A program made the translations under genes and the position numbers. A stretch of 45,069 nt of DNA, taken from sequence record PZ334583.1, one strand, 5' to 3'. Positions 17,095 to 25,305 of the stretch are shown one piece after another; position 1 is the stretch's first letter; every line of letters starts with the position of its first letter. The stretch is from a phage. Below the pieces are notes generated by a model. That model was given only the letters and a program-made list of their open reading frames with translations, did not search any database and was not told where the DNA came from.

Positions 17095-17145
17095 ACTAAC
17101 TTCGATGAAGAAAGTGAGTTCTGATTAGTGTATTTATCAGGGCTT

Positions 17146-17161
17146 GTCTCACATGTGAGAC
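17146..17161. repeat. Palindrome GTCTCACATGTGAGAC, copy 3 (extended stem cttgtctcacatgtgagacagg)
   Basis: exact sequence read; 30-bp context nearly identical to the copy at 39815. Confidence 0.9.
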
Positions 17162-17200
17162 AGGCTCTTATTAAGTACATTAAATAACTGGAGATTGATT

Positions 17201-17884
17201 ATGTATAAATTAGTATTGAATGTAGGTGATTATGTTCGTAACATCAATGAAGCCTCACGTCGTTATCGTTGCCGTGGTGTAGTGGATCGTGTAAGTGAGA
17301 ACATGTATCATGTAGAATATGAGGATGGTATTAAGGCTTCTTACCACAAGAAAACAGCACATAAATATCTTGAAAAGGTTGTAGAGATAAACAATCAATG
17401 TAAGTGCATACATGATGAGCTTTGCGATAAGTGTGCTCGCCAGATGCATAAGATGCTATTATACCCTTTTCGCTATTGTGCTGGCCCTCAAACACTAGCA
17501 GAGTACATGGCAGAAAAGAAAACCACACTCAAGAAAGAGCGTCGCAATGTAATCACTGGTAAGACTCAAAGTGAGATGATTAAGCAATGTGGCACTGCAC
17601 TAGGTGTTACGCAGTTTAACACTCGTGCTCTTGGTAAATCCACAGGACAAGCTATGGTAAAGATCGGCGAAGCCATGATGCATCCAAATGTACCTGTACG
17701 AATCAGGGATGTTGACCATGCAATCACAGAACACGGTACGCAACGACGTGTAATTAATAAGCATTTTGCCGACACTATAGAAGGTATTATTCGTAAGCAA
17801 GGGTTGAAAGGTCTTCATATCTTGAATGATGAAGAGTTACTGTACCTCCCTATTGTTACTGAAGAAACCTACGTGAATATCTAA
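17201..17884 (+). CDS. Hypothetical protein (227 aa), Cys-containing N-terminal region
   Basis: ATG 17201 with RBS GGAG; contains internal promoter-like sequence at 17762. Confidence 0.7.
   Translation: MYKLVLNVGDYVRNINEASRRYRCRGVVDRVSENMYHVEYEDGIKASYHKKTAHKYLEKVVEINNQCKCIHDELCDKCARQMHKMLLYPFRYCAGPQTLAEYMAEKKTTLKKERRNVITGKTQSEMIKQCGTALGVTQFNTRALGKSTGQAMVKIGEAMMHPNVPVRIRDVDHAITEHGTQRRVINKHFADTIEGIIRKQGLKGLHILNDEELLYLPIVTEETYVNI
17762..17784 (+). promoter_or_regulatory. Intragenic variant phage promoter-like sequence
   Basis: attttgccgacactatagaaggt; core GACACTATAGAAG intact, upstream specificity region diverged. Confidence 0.4.
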
Positions 17885-17894
17885 GGAGTTAATC

Positions 17895-18113
17895 ATGACT
17901 AAAGTATTAATTTATATGCGTGGACCTCATAAATGCTATGCAGTTGTAGCACCAAATGGTGTTAAGCCCTATAGTACTTCAAAAGGATTGGCATTAATAG
18001 GTGCTAGTAGTAGTGCAAGTTTCCAAATGGAACTTTTTGGTCATTGGAATGAAAGGCAATTCCGTGAGGATTTTAAAGTCATTGGCAGCTTCATGGTGAA
18101 ACATGCAGAATAA
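17895..18113 (+). CDS. Hypothetical protein (72 aa)
   Basis: RBS AAGGAG; ORF track. Confidence 0.55.
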   Translation: MTKVLIYMRGPHKCYAVVAPNGVKPYSTSKGLALIGASSSASFQMELFGHWNERQFREDFKVIGSFMVKHAE

Positions 18114-18126
18114 ACATAGTCTTAAA

Positions 18127-18279
18127 ATGTTCGATGGTCATGAAGACCTGCAAGCCAAGATTACTAACCAAGCCTTCCTGTTCGCACAGTTAACTATGGC
18201 TGAGGCCAAGAAGAATAGTCTCACTCGTGAACAGGTTATCAAGGAAAGTGAAGTGAAACGTAAGATTCGCAGTCGATAA
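18127..18279 (+). CDS. Small ORF (50 aa; or 58 aa from ATG 18103)
   Basis: MFDGHEDLQAKITNQAFLFAQLTMAEAKKNSLTREQVIKESEVKRKIRSR; followed by the terminator hairpin at 18286. Confidence 0.3.
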   Translation: MFDGHEDLQAKITNQAFLFAQLTMAEAKKNSLTREQVIKESEVKRKIRSR

Positions 18280-18285
18280 GTCAAG

Positions 18286-18314
18286 GGTTGTCTCACGTGT
18301 GAGACAGCCTTTTA
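18286..18314 (+). terminator. Terminator built on palindrome copy 4 (variant centre CACGTGTG)
   Basis: ggttgtctcacgtgtgagacagcc followed by ttttat; palindrome core 18290..18305. Confidence 0.6.
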
Positions 18315-18336
18315 TCATGTTGATTGGAGGTGCATT

Positions 18337-18444
18337 ATGCCACGTGATTATGATTCTGATTGGGACTACTATGACTCAATGAATCCAAAACCAGAACGTT
18401 CAGATGATTACTACGAAACAGAGGCAATGTATGAAAACTATTAA
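18337..18444 (+). CDS. Small acidic ORF (35 aa)
   Basis: ATG 18337 with RBS GGAGG; MPRDYDSDWDYYDSMNPKPERSDDYYETEAMYENY. Confidence 0.35.
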   Translation: MPRDYDSDWDYYDSMNPKPERSDDYYETEAMYENY

Positions 18445-18649
18445 AGTCAGTAAGGTTTGCTCTTGCGGTAAAGGTTATCGCAGTCGTATTGATGGTAAGT
18501 GTGGACATTGTAGGTCTAAGAAAGAGGCTGCTTTGTTTGACAAGTACCACAATGAATTAGCCTATAACTACCCACATCTAACACCTAATTCTTTATTAGG
18601 GCTTGGTTATAGGGCTAAATACTTTGGAGCAATCTATGAAATCAATTGA
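18431..18649 (+). CDS. Small Cys-rich (zinc-ribbon-like) protein (72 aa)
   Basis: ATG 18431; CSCGKGYRSRIDGKCGHC; overlaps the DNAP start by 14 nt. Confidence 0.45.
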   Translation: MKTIKVSKVCSCGKGYRSRIDGKCGHCRSKKEAALFDKYHNELAYNYPHLTPNSLLGLGYRAKYFGAIYEIN

Positions 18650-21182
18650 TTGGAAGAAGGAGGCAGAAGGTCGTATCCTCGTGATGGATGCGGAAGCTAA
18701 AGGACTCCTTGACGCTATCCGATATGGACACCGTGAAGATGTGCATATCATTTGCTGCATGGATTTGCTTACTACCGAGGAGTTTCTCTTCTTTGACCCG
18801 TATGAGATGCGTGACCCTGAAGCAAGAGAACGCCTGAAGGAATGGGAAGGTCATCAAGATGGAACCTTGGTTGACGGTGTTAACTTCCTGAAGCATTGTG
18901 AAGCTATTGTGTCACAGAACTTCCTAGGGTATGACGGACTTCTCTTTGAGAAAGCATTCCCTGATATTTGGAAAGGCTTTAACTATACCGAGAAGCGCGG
19001 TAAGGGCAGACTTCGTGCTGACCTGTGTCCGGTGCGAGTCATGGATACGCTGGTGATGAGTCGCCTGTTAAACCCCGATAGACGCCTTCCTCCGCAAGCA
19101 TATGCCAAAGGTATGGGTAACGTCGCCCCTCACTCAATTGAGGCGCACGGCATCCGTATAGGTCGCTATAAACCGGAGAACGAGGACTGGTCTAAACTAA
19201 CTGACCACATGGTTCACCGTGTACGTGAGGACGTGGCGATTGGTCGTGACCTATTCCTCTGGCTATTTAACGGAGAATGGACGGAGCACAAACGCCGTGG
19301 CGTGAATAAACGCACTGGCCTAGGTATTGAGACAGCCTTCCACATGGAGTCCATTGTGGCGCTGGAGATGAGCCGTCAGGCCGAGCGCGGGTTCCGTCTG
19401 GACATCGACAAGGCTTTGGCCCGATGCGAAGAATTGGACGCTAAGATTGATGAGACAGTCGCAGCGTTCCGCCCTCACATGCCTATGCGTATCAAGTCTA
19501 AACCTTTTAAACCGGAAGAAAAGAATGAAGTATGCCAACGCGCAAATGAGTATGGAGCTAGCAACAATATACCTACTGTCCTTGACCCCTCACACTTTCT
19601 TCATGCCGAGAGACGAGGAGATCGCAAGACAGTATGGAGTGTCACTACTAAGTCTGGTGATTGGTCGGCTAGTGTCAAGAAAGATTTTCCTCACCTTAGA
19701 GGAAACCGTAATGACACGCCAAGCATCAAGTGGATTGGCGCTTACTCGCCTGTTACTTTCGAAGAGATCCCCTTGGGTAACAGGGATACAGTTAAGCAAG
19801 TGCTCTATGAGTATGGATGGAAAGGTGTTGAATTTAACGATACCGAGCAAGCTCATCTCGATGAGCACGGAGTGTTACCAAAACCTTGGAGTGGTAAGAT
19901 AAATGAAAAGTCCCTCACTTTATGGCAAGAAAGAGCCGCACGTGAAGGTAAAACAGTCCCTGATTGGTGCTTGGGTATCGCTGCATGGTACATACTCGTA
20001 TCCCGTCGTGGTCAGATACTCAACCGTGGTGACGTTGAAGCCTTCAACGAGAAGGGAACGTGGCCCTCGCAGGCTGGTGTACGAAAGTGTCGCGGCCTTG
20101 TACCTGTAGCATTCAACAAGGAGCTAGGAATCAATGCGCAGCAATACTACGAGAGGTACGGATGTTGGCCTACGTCTGACAAAGATGACGGAGAGTGGCG
20201 TGTTCCAGCTGTTGCTATTAGCATTGGCACTTCTACGTTCCGTATGCGTCATCGTAACGTGGTTAATATTCCTGCCCGTGGCTTGTATCCTTTACGTGAT
20301 TTATTCATAGCAGGGAAAGGCAAGCTAATCCTTGGTTGTGACGGTGCAGGTCTTGAACTGCGTGTCCTGTCTCACTTCATGAATGACCCTGAGTACCAAG
20401 AGATTGTACTGCACGGTGATATTCATACGCATAACCAGATGAAGGCTGGTCTTCCTAAGCGTGATATGGCGAAGACGTTTATATACGCCTTCCTCTATGG
20501 CTCTGGTATAGCCAACCTTGCAGCAGTATGTGGTGTTACTGAGGAAGAAATGAAGGAAGTTGTGGCAAGATTCGAGATTGAACTGCCGTCTCTTGCACGT
20601 CTTCGTGAGAATGTTATCGCACAAGGTAACAAGTTTGGCTACCTGCAAGCACCTGATGGGCATTGGGGTCGCATCCGCATGTCTGGTGGTGAACTTAAAG
20701 AGCACACGATGCTTAACGTATTACTCCAGATGACTGGCTCTTTGTGTATGAAATATGCATTAGTCAAGGCATTTGCAGTAATGCGCAAGGAAGGTGTAGC
20801 CTTGGATGCTATGGGAAATCCTTGTGGTGTGGCTAACGTGCATGATGAAATCCAGATGGAAGTTCCTGAAGAGGAGGTCTTGTATCTTAACTACGACCTA
20901 CCTTTCACCTTAGATGGGTTCGAAACAGAGAAGGCTGCCGTGAAGGCAGTGTTCGATGCAGAGGAGAAACGTGTTCATGTGGATTCTGAAGGACGTATGT
21001 GGTCTGCTGCAAACCTCGTCAGTGTTGATGCTGATGCTGGTGTATTGCATTGCCAGCGCCGTTATCACCGTGCAGGTCATATCATTGCCGACGCCATGAC
21101 TTGGGCAGGGCAGTATCTGAAGATGCGTTGCCCGATGGCAGGCGAGTATAAGATTGGCGCAAGCTGGAAGGAAACACACTGA
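18636..21182 (+). CDS. DNA polymerase, family A (T7 gp5-like) with 3'-5' exonuclease domain
   Basis: 848 aa from ATG 18636 (RBS GGAG); exo motif ILVMDAEAKGL; polymerase motifs incl. RDMAKTFIYAFLYGSG and HDEIQ. Confidence 0.95.
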   Translation: MKSIDWKKEAEGRILVMDAEAKGLLDAIRYGHREDVHIICCMDLLTTEEFLFFDPYEMRDPEARERLKEWEGHQDGTLVDGVNFLKHCEAIVSQNFLGYDGLLFEKAFPDIWKGFNYTEKRGKGRLRADLCPVRVMDTLVMSRLLNPDRRLPPQAYAKGMGNVAPHSIEAHGIRIGRYKPENEDWSKLTDHMVHRVREDVAIGRDLFLWLFNGEWTEHKRRGVNKRTGLGIETAFHMESIVALEMSRQAERGFRLDIDKALARCEELDAKIDETVAAFRPHMPMRIKSKPFKPEEKNEVCQRANEYGASNNIPTVLDPSHFLHAERRGDRKTVWSVTTKSGDWSASVKKDFPHLRGNRNDTPSIKWIGAYSPVTFEEIPLGNRDTVKQVLYEYGWKGVEFNDTEQAHLDEHGVLPKPWSGKINEKSLTLWQERAAREGKTVPDWCLGIAAWYILVSRRGQILNRGDVEAFNEKGTWPSQAGVRKCRGLVPVAFNKELGINAQQYYERYGCWPTSDKDDGEWRVPAVAISIGTSTFRMRHRNVVNIPARGLYPLRDLFIAGKGKLILGCDGAGLELRVLSHFMNDPEYQEIVLHGDIHTHNQMKAGLPKRDMAKTFIYAFLYGSGIANLAAVCGVTEEEMKEVVARFEIELPSLARLRENVIAQGNKFGYLQAPDGHWGRIRMSGGELKEHTMLNVLLQMTGSLCMKYALVKAFAVMRKEGVALDAMGNPCGVANVHDEIQMEVPEEEVLYLNYDLPFTLDGFETEKAAVKAVFDAEEKRVHVDSEGRMWSAANLVSVDADAGVLHCQRRYHRAGHIIADAMTWAGQYLKMRCPMAGEYKIGASWKETH

Positions 21183-21298
21183 TGGATAGGCTTGACATTG
21201 TTTGCCTATTCTTCACTTTCTTTCTTACACTCCTTATGCTTGCTTGTTATGGGAGTATGAGACTAGATATACCTGATGAAGAAGAGGGTTACGACTAA
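21182..21298 (+). CDS. Tiny hydrophobic protein (38 aa)
   Basis: ATG overlapping the DNAP stop (ATGA); MDRLDIVCLFFTFFLTLLMLACYGSMRLDIPDEEEGYD. Confidence 0.35.
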   Translation: MDRLDIVCLFFTFFLTLLMLACYGSMRLDIPDEEEGYD

Positions 21299-21396
21299 TG
21301 CAAACTGCTTTTATTATTCTTGGTATCATATTATTTATGGTAGTACTCTGGGCCTTCTCTGGCATTGACCCGGATTGTGATGGTAACTACGACTGA
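21298..21396 (+). CDS. Tiny hydrophobic protein (32 aa)
   Basis: TAATG overlap; MQTAFIILGIILFMVVLWAFSGIDPDCDGNYD; similar architecture to the preceding ORF (TM helix then acidic ...YD end). Confidence 0.3.
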   Translation: MQTAFIILGIILFMVVLWAFSGIDPDCDGNYD

Positions 21397-21406
21397 GTTA
21401 TACTCA

Positions 21407-21430
21407 AGGTCACTTACGAGTGGCCTTTAT
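21407..21430 (+). terminator. Weak terminator-like hairpin
   Basis: aggtcac-ttacga-gtggcct then ttat. Confidence 0.35.
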
Positions 21431-21464
21431 GGATAACTTATCCCTACTTATTTTGTCTAACATG

Positions 21465-21487
21465 ATTTACTGGACACTATAGAAGGA
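21465..21487 (+). promoter_or_regulatory. Phage RNAP promoter followed by an AT-rich TAGGT-repeat leader
   Basis: atttactggacactatagaagga; downstream ctaggtttataaggtagtataggtaattaag. Confidence 0.85.
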
Positions 21488-21551
21488 AAGCCTAGACAAT
21501 CTAGGTTTATAAGGTAGTATAGGTAATTAAGTAAATATAGGAGATATAAAC

Positions 21552-21929
21552 ATGTCTATGGTAACTACTCTGGTATTTGTAGCTCAATACTTTCGTGGTC
21601 TGGCTAATAAGTTCAAGTCCAAGGCTATCAAAGCTATTGAGTCTCGCATCGAGGCAGTACAGGCAGAGCAGGTTAAAGTTGAAGAACATCGTAGTTCTAA
21701 AATGATTGACTGCCATAACCGCTACTATGCATCTCGTGATGACCTTAATGCACGCCAAGTCAAAGAGGTTGAAGAGATGCTGGCACGTCACCAGCAAGAG
21801 CGCGACAGTCTGAAAGCTGAATTTGAAGAGAACAAGGCATCCATCGCCCTTGTACATCAAGCCGCATCTGACAGCCTGAAGAAAGAGATTGTTATGCTGG
21901 AAATTGAGTTAGACAACCTGACCAAATAA
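21552..21929 (+). CDS. Hypothetical coiled-coil protein (125 aa)
   Basis: RBS AGGAG; heptad-like charged helical sequence. Confidence 0.65.
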   Translation: MSMVTTLVFVAQYFRGLANKFKSKAIKAIESRIEAVQAEQVKVEEHRSSKMIDCHNRYYASRDDLNARQVKEVEEMLARHQQERDSLKAEFEENKASIALVHQAASDSLKKEIVMLEIELDNLTK

Positions 21930-21950
21930 TTACTGGACACTATAGAACAA
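21928..21950 (+). promoter_or_regulatory. Phage RNAP promoter
   Basis: aattactggacactatagaacaa; overlaps the stop of the upstream gene. Confidence 0.8.
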
Positions 21951-22091
21951 TAGGTCGGCTTAGTTCGGCCTATGATTGTAAAGTGTTGAACCTTATTGTG
22001 CATCTTGCACAACCCGATGCTATATCGGGCTTTCTAGTGAGTACATGCTTGTGCTCAGTACAAAGCTAACTGACAATAGGAGACTAAATAA

Positions 22092-22898
22092 ATGGCACGT
22101 GGTGATTTTGATTTTGGTGCTCAGGTTACTAAGGCTGAAGGTAAAGTATTTAAGAACCCTGAAGTTGGTGATCATGAAGCAGTAATCTCTGGCATCATTC
22201 ATGTTGGTTCCTTCCAAGATATTTTTAAGAAAGGTAATACCACTGAGGTTAAGAAGCCAGCAAACTTTGTTCTTGTTAAGATTATCCTGATGGGTGACGA
22301 CGACAAGAATGAAGATGATTCTCGCATGGAACAGTGGATGGCTGTGCCTCTGAAGTCTGGTGACAAGGCAACCTTGACTAAGTTCCTGAATGCAGTTGAC
22401 CCTAAAGAGCTGCTTGGTGGTTTCGATGACTTCATCGGTGAATGCCTGACTGCAACTATGGTTGGCTCTGGCGACAAGAATGATGATGGTACTTTCAAGT
22501 ATGTTAACTGGAAAGGCTTTGGCGGTATGCCTGATAAGTTGAAGAAGCTTGTACTGGCTCAGGTAGAAGAGGAAGGTCTGTCTATGACAGGTCATATCAC
22601 CTTCGACAAGCTGACCAAAGAAATCCTTGATGACATCCCAGCTAACTTGGTGCGTCAATACTTCCTTAATGAAACACCTCGTGGTAAGAACCTGTCTGTT
22701 GCTGGTTCTCACGTAGAAGCAATCATTAAAGCTGCTCGTGAAGAAGACCCAGAGTGGAAGAAAGCCAAGAAGAAAGATGACGAGGATGCTACTCCAGCTA
22801 ATCGTAAATCTATGGATACTGGTGAGTCTGTTCCACAGGAAGTACCTGAAGCAGAAGATACTCCTGCACCGGAGATGGATGAGGACGCGGAATATTAA
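22092..22898 (+). CDS. Putative single-stranded DNA-binding protein (gp2.5-like) with acidic C-terminal tail
   Basis: 268 aa; Lys-rich body, acidic C-terminus PEMDEDAEY; codon usage of a highly expressed gene; function inferred from composition and position only. Confidence 0.4.
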   Translation: MARGDFDFGAQVTKAEGKVFKNPEVGDHEAVISGIIHVGSFQDIFKKGNTTEVKKPANFVLVKIILMGDDDKNEDDSRMEQWMAVPLKSGDKATLTKFLNAVDPKELLGGFDDFIGECLTATMVGSGDKNDDGTFKYVNWKGFGGMPDKLKKLVLAQVEEEGLSMTGHITFDKLTKEILDDIPANLVRQYFLNETPRGKNLSVAGSHVEAIIKAAREEDPEWKKAKKKDDEDATPANRKSMDTGESVPQEVPEAEDTPAPEMDEDAEY

Positions 22899-22907
22899 GG
22901 AGAAAGG

Positions 22908-23126
22908 ATGAAAGTACAAATCGTAACCCTGCACTGCAAGAAAGGTATCACAACGCTCGGAGGTAGCACTTTCCACTCTTTCTCCGAAGGGGAGATTTAT
23001 GCTGACCTGCACTACATCTGGCGCGACGGACAGCACGTGGTGAACTACAGCGACCCAGCTACGGGGAAACGCCACGGCGTATCGCTTCCTGCGCATGACA
23101 TTGCTCAGGTGAACACAGTTTTATAA
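22908..23126 (+). CDS. Hypothetical protein (72 aa)
   Basis: RBS AAGGAGAAAGG; ORF track. Confidence 0.6.
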   Translation: MKVQIVTLHCKKGITTLGGSTFHSFSEGEIYADLHYIWRDGQHVVNYSDPATGKRHGVSLPAHDIAQVNTVL

Positions 23127-23127
23127 A

Positions 23128-23143
23128 GTCTCACATGTGAGAC
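23128..23143. repeat. Palindrome GTCTCACATGTGAGAC, copy 5, 15 nt upstream of promoter 23159
   Basis: exact sequence read. Confidence 0.9.
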
Positions 23144-23158
23144 AAATCGGTGTCCGGT

Positions 23159-23181
23159 ATTTACTGGACACTATAGAAGAG
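23159..23181 (+). promoter_or_regulatory. Phage RNAP promoter
   Basis: atttactggacactatagaagag, perfect consensus. Confidence 0.85.
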
Positions 23182-23230
23182 AAGAATTTTAATCGGCGAT
23201 AATGCCACAACTAACAAAGGAGAATTTAAT

Positions 23231-23608
23231 ATGTTCAAGATTGAAACTATCGTAAACCGTGTTGTTAAAGGTGCTGCTCTGGTATCCGTTGAGTCTTTCA
23301 TTATCGTCGATGAAGCTGATCAACTGGTAGCTGGTACTAAGGCTTACGATACCCGTGAAGAAGCTCAGGCTAAGATTGACAGCATGGGTAACTTCGCTGC
23401 TGGTCTGGAGTTCGCTCGCGCTTGCTTCCCTGAGCAGGCTGACAAAGCTCAGATTGGTAAGGCCAATATCGTAGCTGAGTATCTGGATTGGATTGCTGCT
23501 GGTAAGCCGGTGAAAGAAGTTAAGGCTGCTGAAGAAGCTGAAGCTCCGGCAGTAGAAGAAGTAGCTGCACCGGTAGATGCTCCGGTAAGCGAAGAAGAAG
23601 AGTTTTAA
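23231..23608 (+). CDS. Highly expressed small protein (125 aa) with acidic C-terminal tail ending ...SEEEEF
   Basis: RBS AAGGAG; Ala-rich; the C-terminal acidic tail with terminal Phe mirrors that of the primase-helicase. Confidence 0.75.
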   Translation: MFKIETIVNRVVKGAALVSVESFIIVDEADQLVAGTKAYDTREEAQAKIDSMGNFAAGLEFARACFPEQADKAQIGKANIVAEYLDWIAAGKPVKEVKAAEEAEAPAVEEVAAPVDAPVSEEEEF

Positions 23609-23620
23609 TTGATGCCCTGT

Positions 23621-23646
23621 CTGCCTTAGTGTAGGCAGGGTCTTTT
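23621..23646 (+). terminator. Terminator-like hairpin
   Basis: ctgcct-tagtgt-aggcag followed by ggtctttt. Confidence 0.45.
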
Positions 23647-23672
23647 GCGTAATAGTTATTGGAGAATGAATT

Positions 23673-23969
23673 ATGCCGACTATTGAATCTCGTTTACGCG
23701 CTGACTATAATAGATACTTTAGCCGCTTACATAGGGATTATATGACACACGTTACAGTATGGTTAGATGATGGGATATTCTTAGTGTATGAGTATTTACA
23801 TGATACGGGTGACCGCTATGACCCTAGTTCCCTCCAAGTAGCAAAGTCTATTGTAGAGCGCATCTTGAAGGAGTGGCCTACATGCGACCAAACTTCGACT
23901 TCGGAGCTACAGTATCGGAAGACAATAATCTCATCCTGTGGCCAACTGAAGGTAATAGAATCGCTTTAA
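23673..23969 (+). CDS. Hypothetical protein (98 aa)
   Basis: RBS GGAG; 3' end overlaps the exonuclease gene by about 88 nt in another frame, so the true extent is uncertain. Confidence 0.5.
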   Translation: MPTIESRLRADYNRYFSRLHRDYMTHVTVWLDDGIFLVYEYLHDTGDRYDPSSLQVAKSIVERILKEWPTCDQTSTSELQYRKTIISSCGQLKVIESL

Positions 23970-24910
23970 TAGACGCTGACATGTTACCTTACATCGTCGG
24001 GTACACTATCAGTGACATGACTTATGTGCGAGCCACAACTCGTGTTAAGTCAGGGCAAGTCCCCTCAATTAAAGACACACCTGAGTGTAAGCAAGCGTGT
24101 GACCGTGTGAACTCCTTGCTTAACTCTTGGGTGTATGCAGCAGAGTGTGATGCAGCTAAGCTATTCATGACGAAATCAGAAGCTAACTTCCGTGTCCGCC
24201 TCGCATTCACAAAGCCTTATAAGGGTCAACGTAAGACCGAGAAGCCTCCGTTCTTCTATGAATTGCGAGAGCATCTCTTAGAGGTTCATGGTGCAATATT
24301 GGCAGATGGAGAAGAGGCTGATGACCTCATGAGCATTGCACAATGGGACAGCCACCGCCGCTTCCAGCAAGATACAGGTAACGAGTTCCCTATCGGTAGT
24401 CCAGAGCATAAAGCATTCTCTGATACTTGCATCGTTTCCTTAGATAAGGATTTGATGATTGTTCCCGGTTGGCATCTTCAGCCGGGTCAAGAGAAGAAAT
24501 GGGTAGAGCCTATGGGTTGGCTTGAGTTACGCCGTAAGGCTAATGGTCAGGTTAAAGACCTTAAAGGTGCTGGCCTCATGTTTCATTATGCACAGATGAT
24601 TATTGGTGATGATATTGATAACTATGCTGGCATACCTGGACGTGGTGCTAAATACGCCTATGATCTTCTCAAAGATTGTAAGACAGAGAAAGAGTTGTAC
24701 ATGGCAGTGCTTGGTGCTTACAAGGCTAAGTTCGGACATGGACAAGTTAAGATTAAGAATTACCGAGGTGGTTATCGTATCGGCAAGGCTTTTGACCTGA
24801 TGCTCGAATGTGGTCGCCTAGCTCACATGGCAAGATTCAAAGGTGATATATGGCGAGCCGATAAGAACCCAATCTTGTGGGGAGATGATGCGGAATGGTT
24901 AGCAAATTAA
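23882..24910 (+). CDS. 5'-3' exonuclease (T7 gp6-like)
   Basis: ATG 23882 with RBS AAGGAG; IALIDADML and SLDKDLMIVPGW correspond to the T7 gene 6 motifs ILVMDGDWL and SCDKDFKTIP. Confidence 0.88.
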   Translation: MRPNFDFGATVSEDNNLILWPTEGNRIALIDADMLPYIVGYTISDMTYVRATTRVKSGQVPSIKDTPECKQACDRVNSLLNSWVYAAECDAAKLFMTKSEANFRVRLAFTKPYKGQRKTEKPPFFYELREHLLEVHGAILADGEEADDLMSIAQWDSHRRFQQDTGNEFPIGSPEHKAFSDTCIVSLDKDLMIVPGWHLQPGQEKKWVEPMGWLELRRKANGQVKDLKGAGLMFHYAQMIIGDDIDNYAGIPGRGAKYAYDLLKDCKTEKELYMAVLGAYKAKFGHGQVKIKNYRGGYRIGKAFDLMLECGRLAHMARFKGDIWRADKNPILWGDDAEWLAN

Positions 24911-25305
24911 AATCATCGGAGGTAGCAGCTTATAAGAGGGAATTGCTAGAGAAGCAAGGATGGAAGTGCCCCCTATGTGGCGGCAGTCTCAAGGCTGTTA
25001 CTCCTATAAACCGTGTACTTGACCATGACCATGAGACAGGATTCTGCCGTGCTGTTGTATGCCGAGGTTGCAATGGTGCAGAAGGAAAGATTAAGGGTGT
25101 TATCTCTGGTTATGGTAAGGCTGGTAACAACCGTTACTTCCAGCTTCAATGGTTAGAGCGACTATATGAATACTGGAAGCTACATAGTACGCCTCAGACA
25201 GATAAGTTATATCACAAACATCAAACGGAGGCAGAGAAGCGCGAGGCTAAGAACCGTAAGGCACGCCTTGCTTATGCAAGAAAGAAGGAGGTTAAAGTTG
25301 GGTAA
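24895..25305 (+). CDS. Endonuclease VII-type Holliday junction resolvase
   Basis: CPLCGGSL...DHDHETGFCRAVVCRGCN zinc-binding signature of the T4 endo VII family. Confidence 0.8.
   Translation: MVSKLKSSEVAAYKRELLEKQGWKCPLCGGSLKAVTPINRVLDHDHETGFCRAVVCRGCNGAEGKIKGVISGYGKAGNNRYFQLQWLERLYEYWKLHSTPQTDKLYHKHQTEAEKREAKNRKARLAYARKKEVKVG

Noticed and set aside
22020-23096. 358-aa minus-strand ORF
   Set aside because: Lies antisense to the well-supported, codon-biased + strand genes 22092..22898 and 22908..23126; no RBS or promoter in that orientation; every supported gene in the genome is on the + strand.
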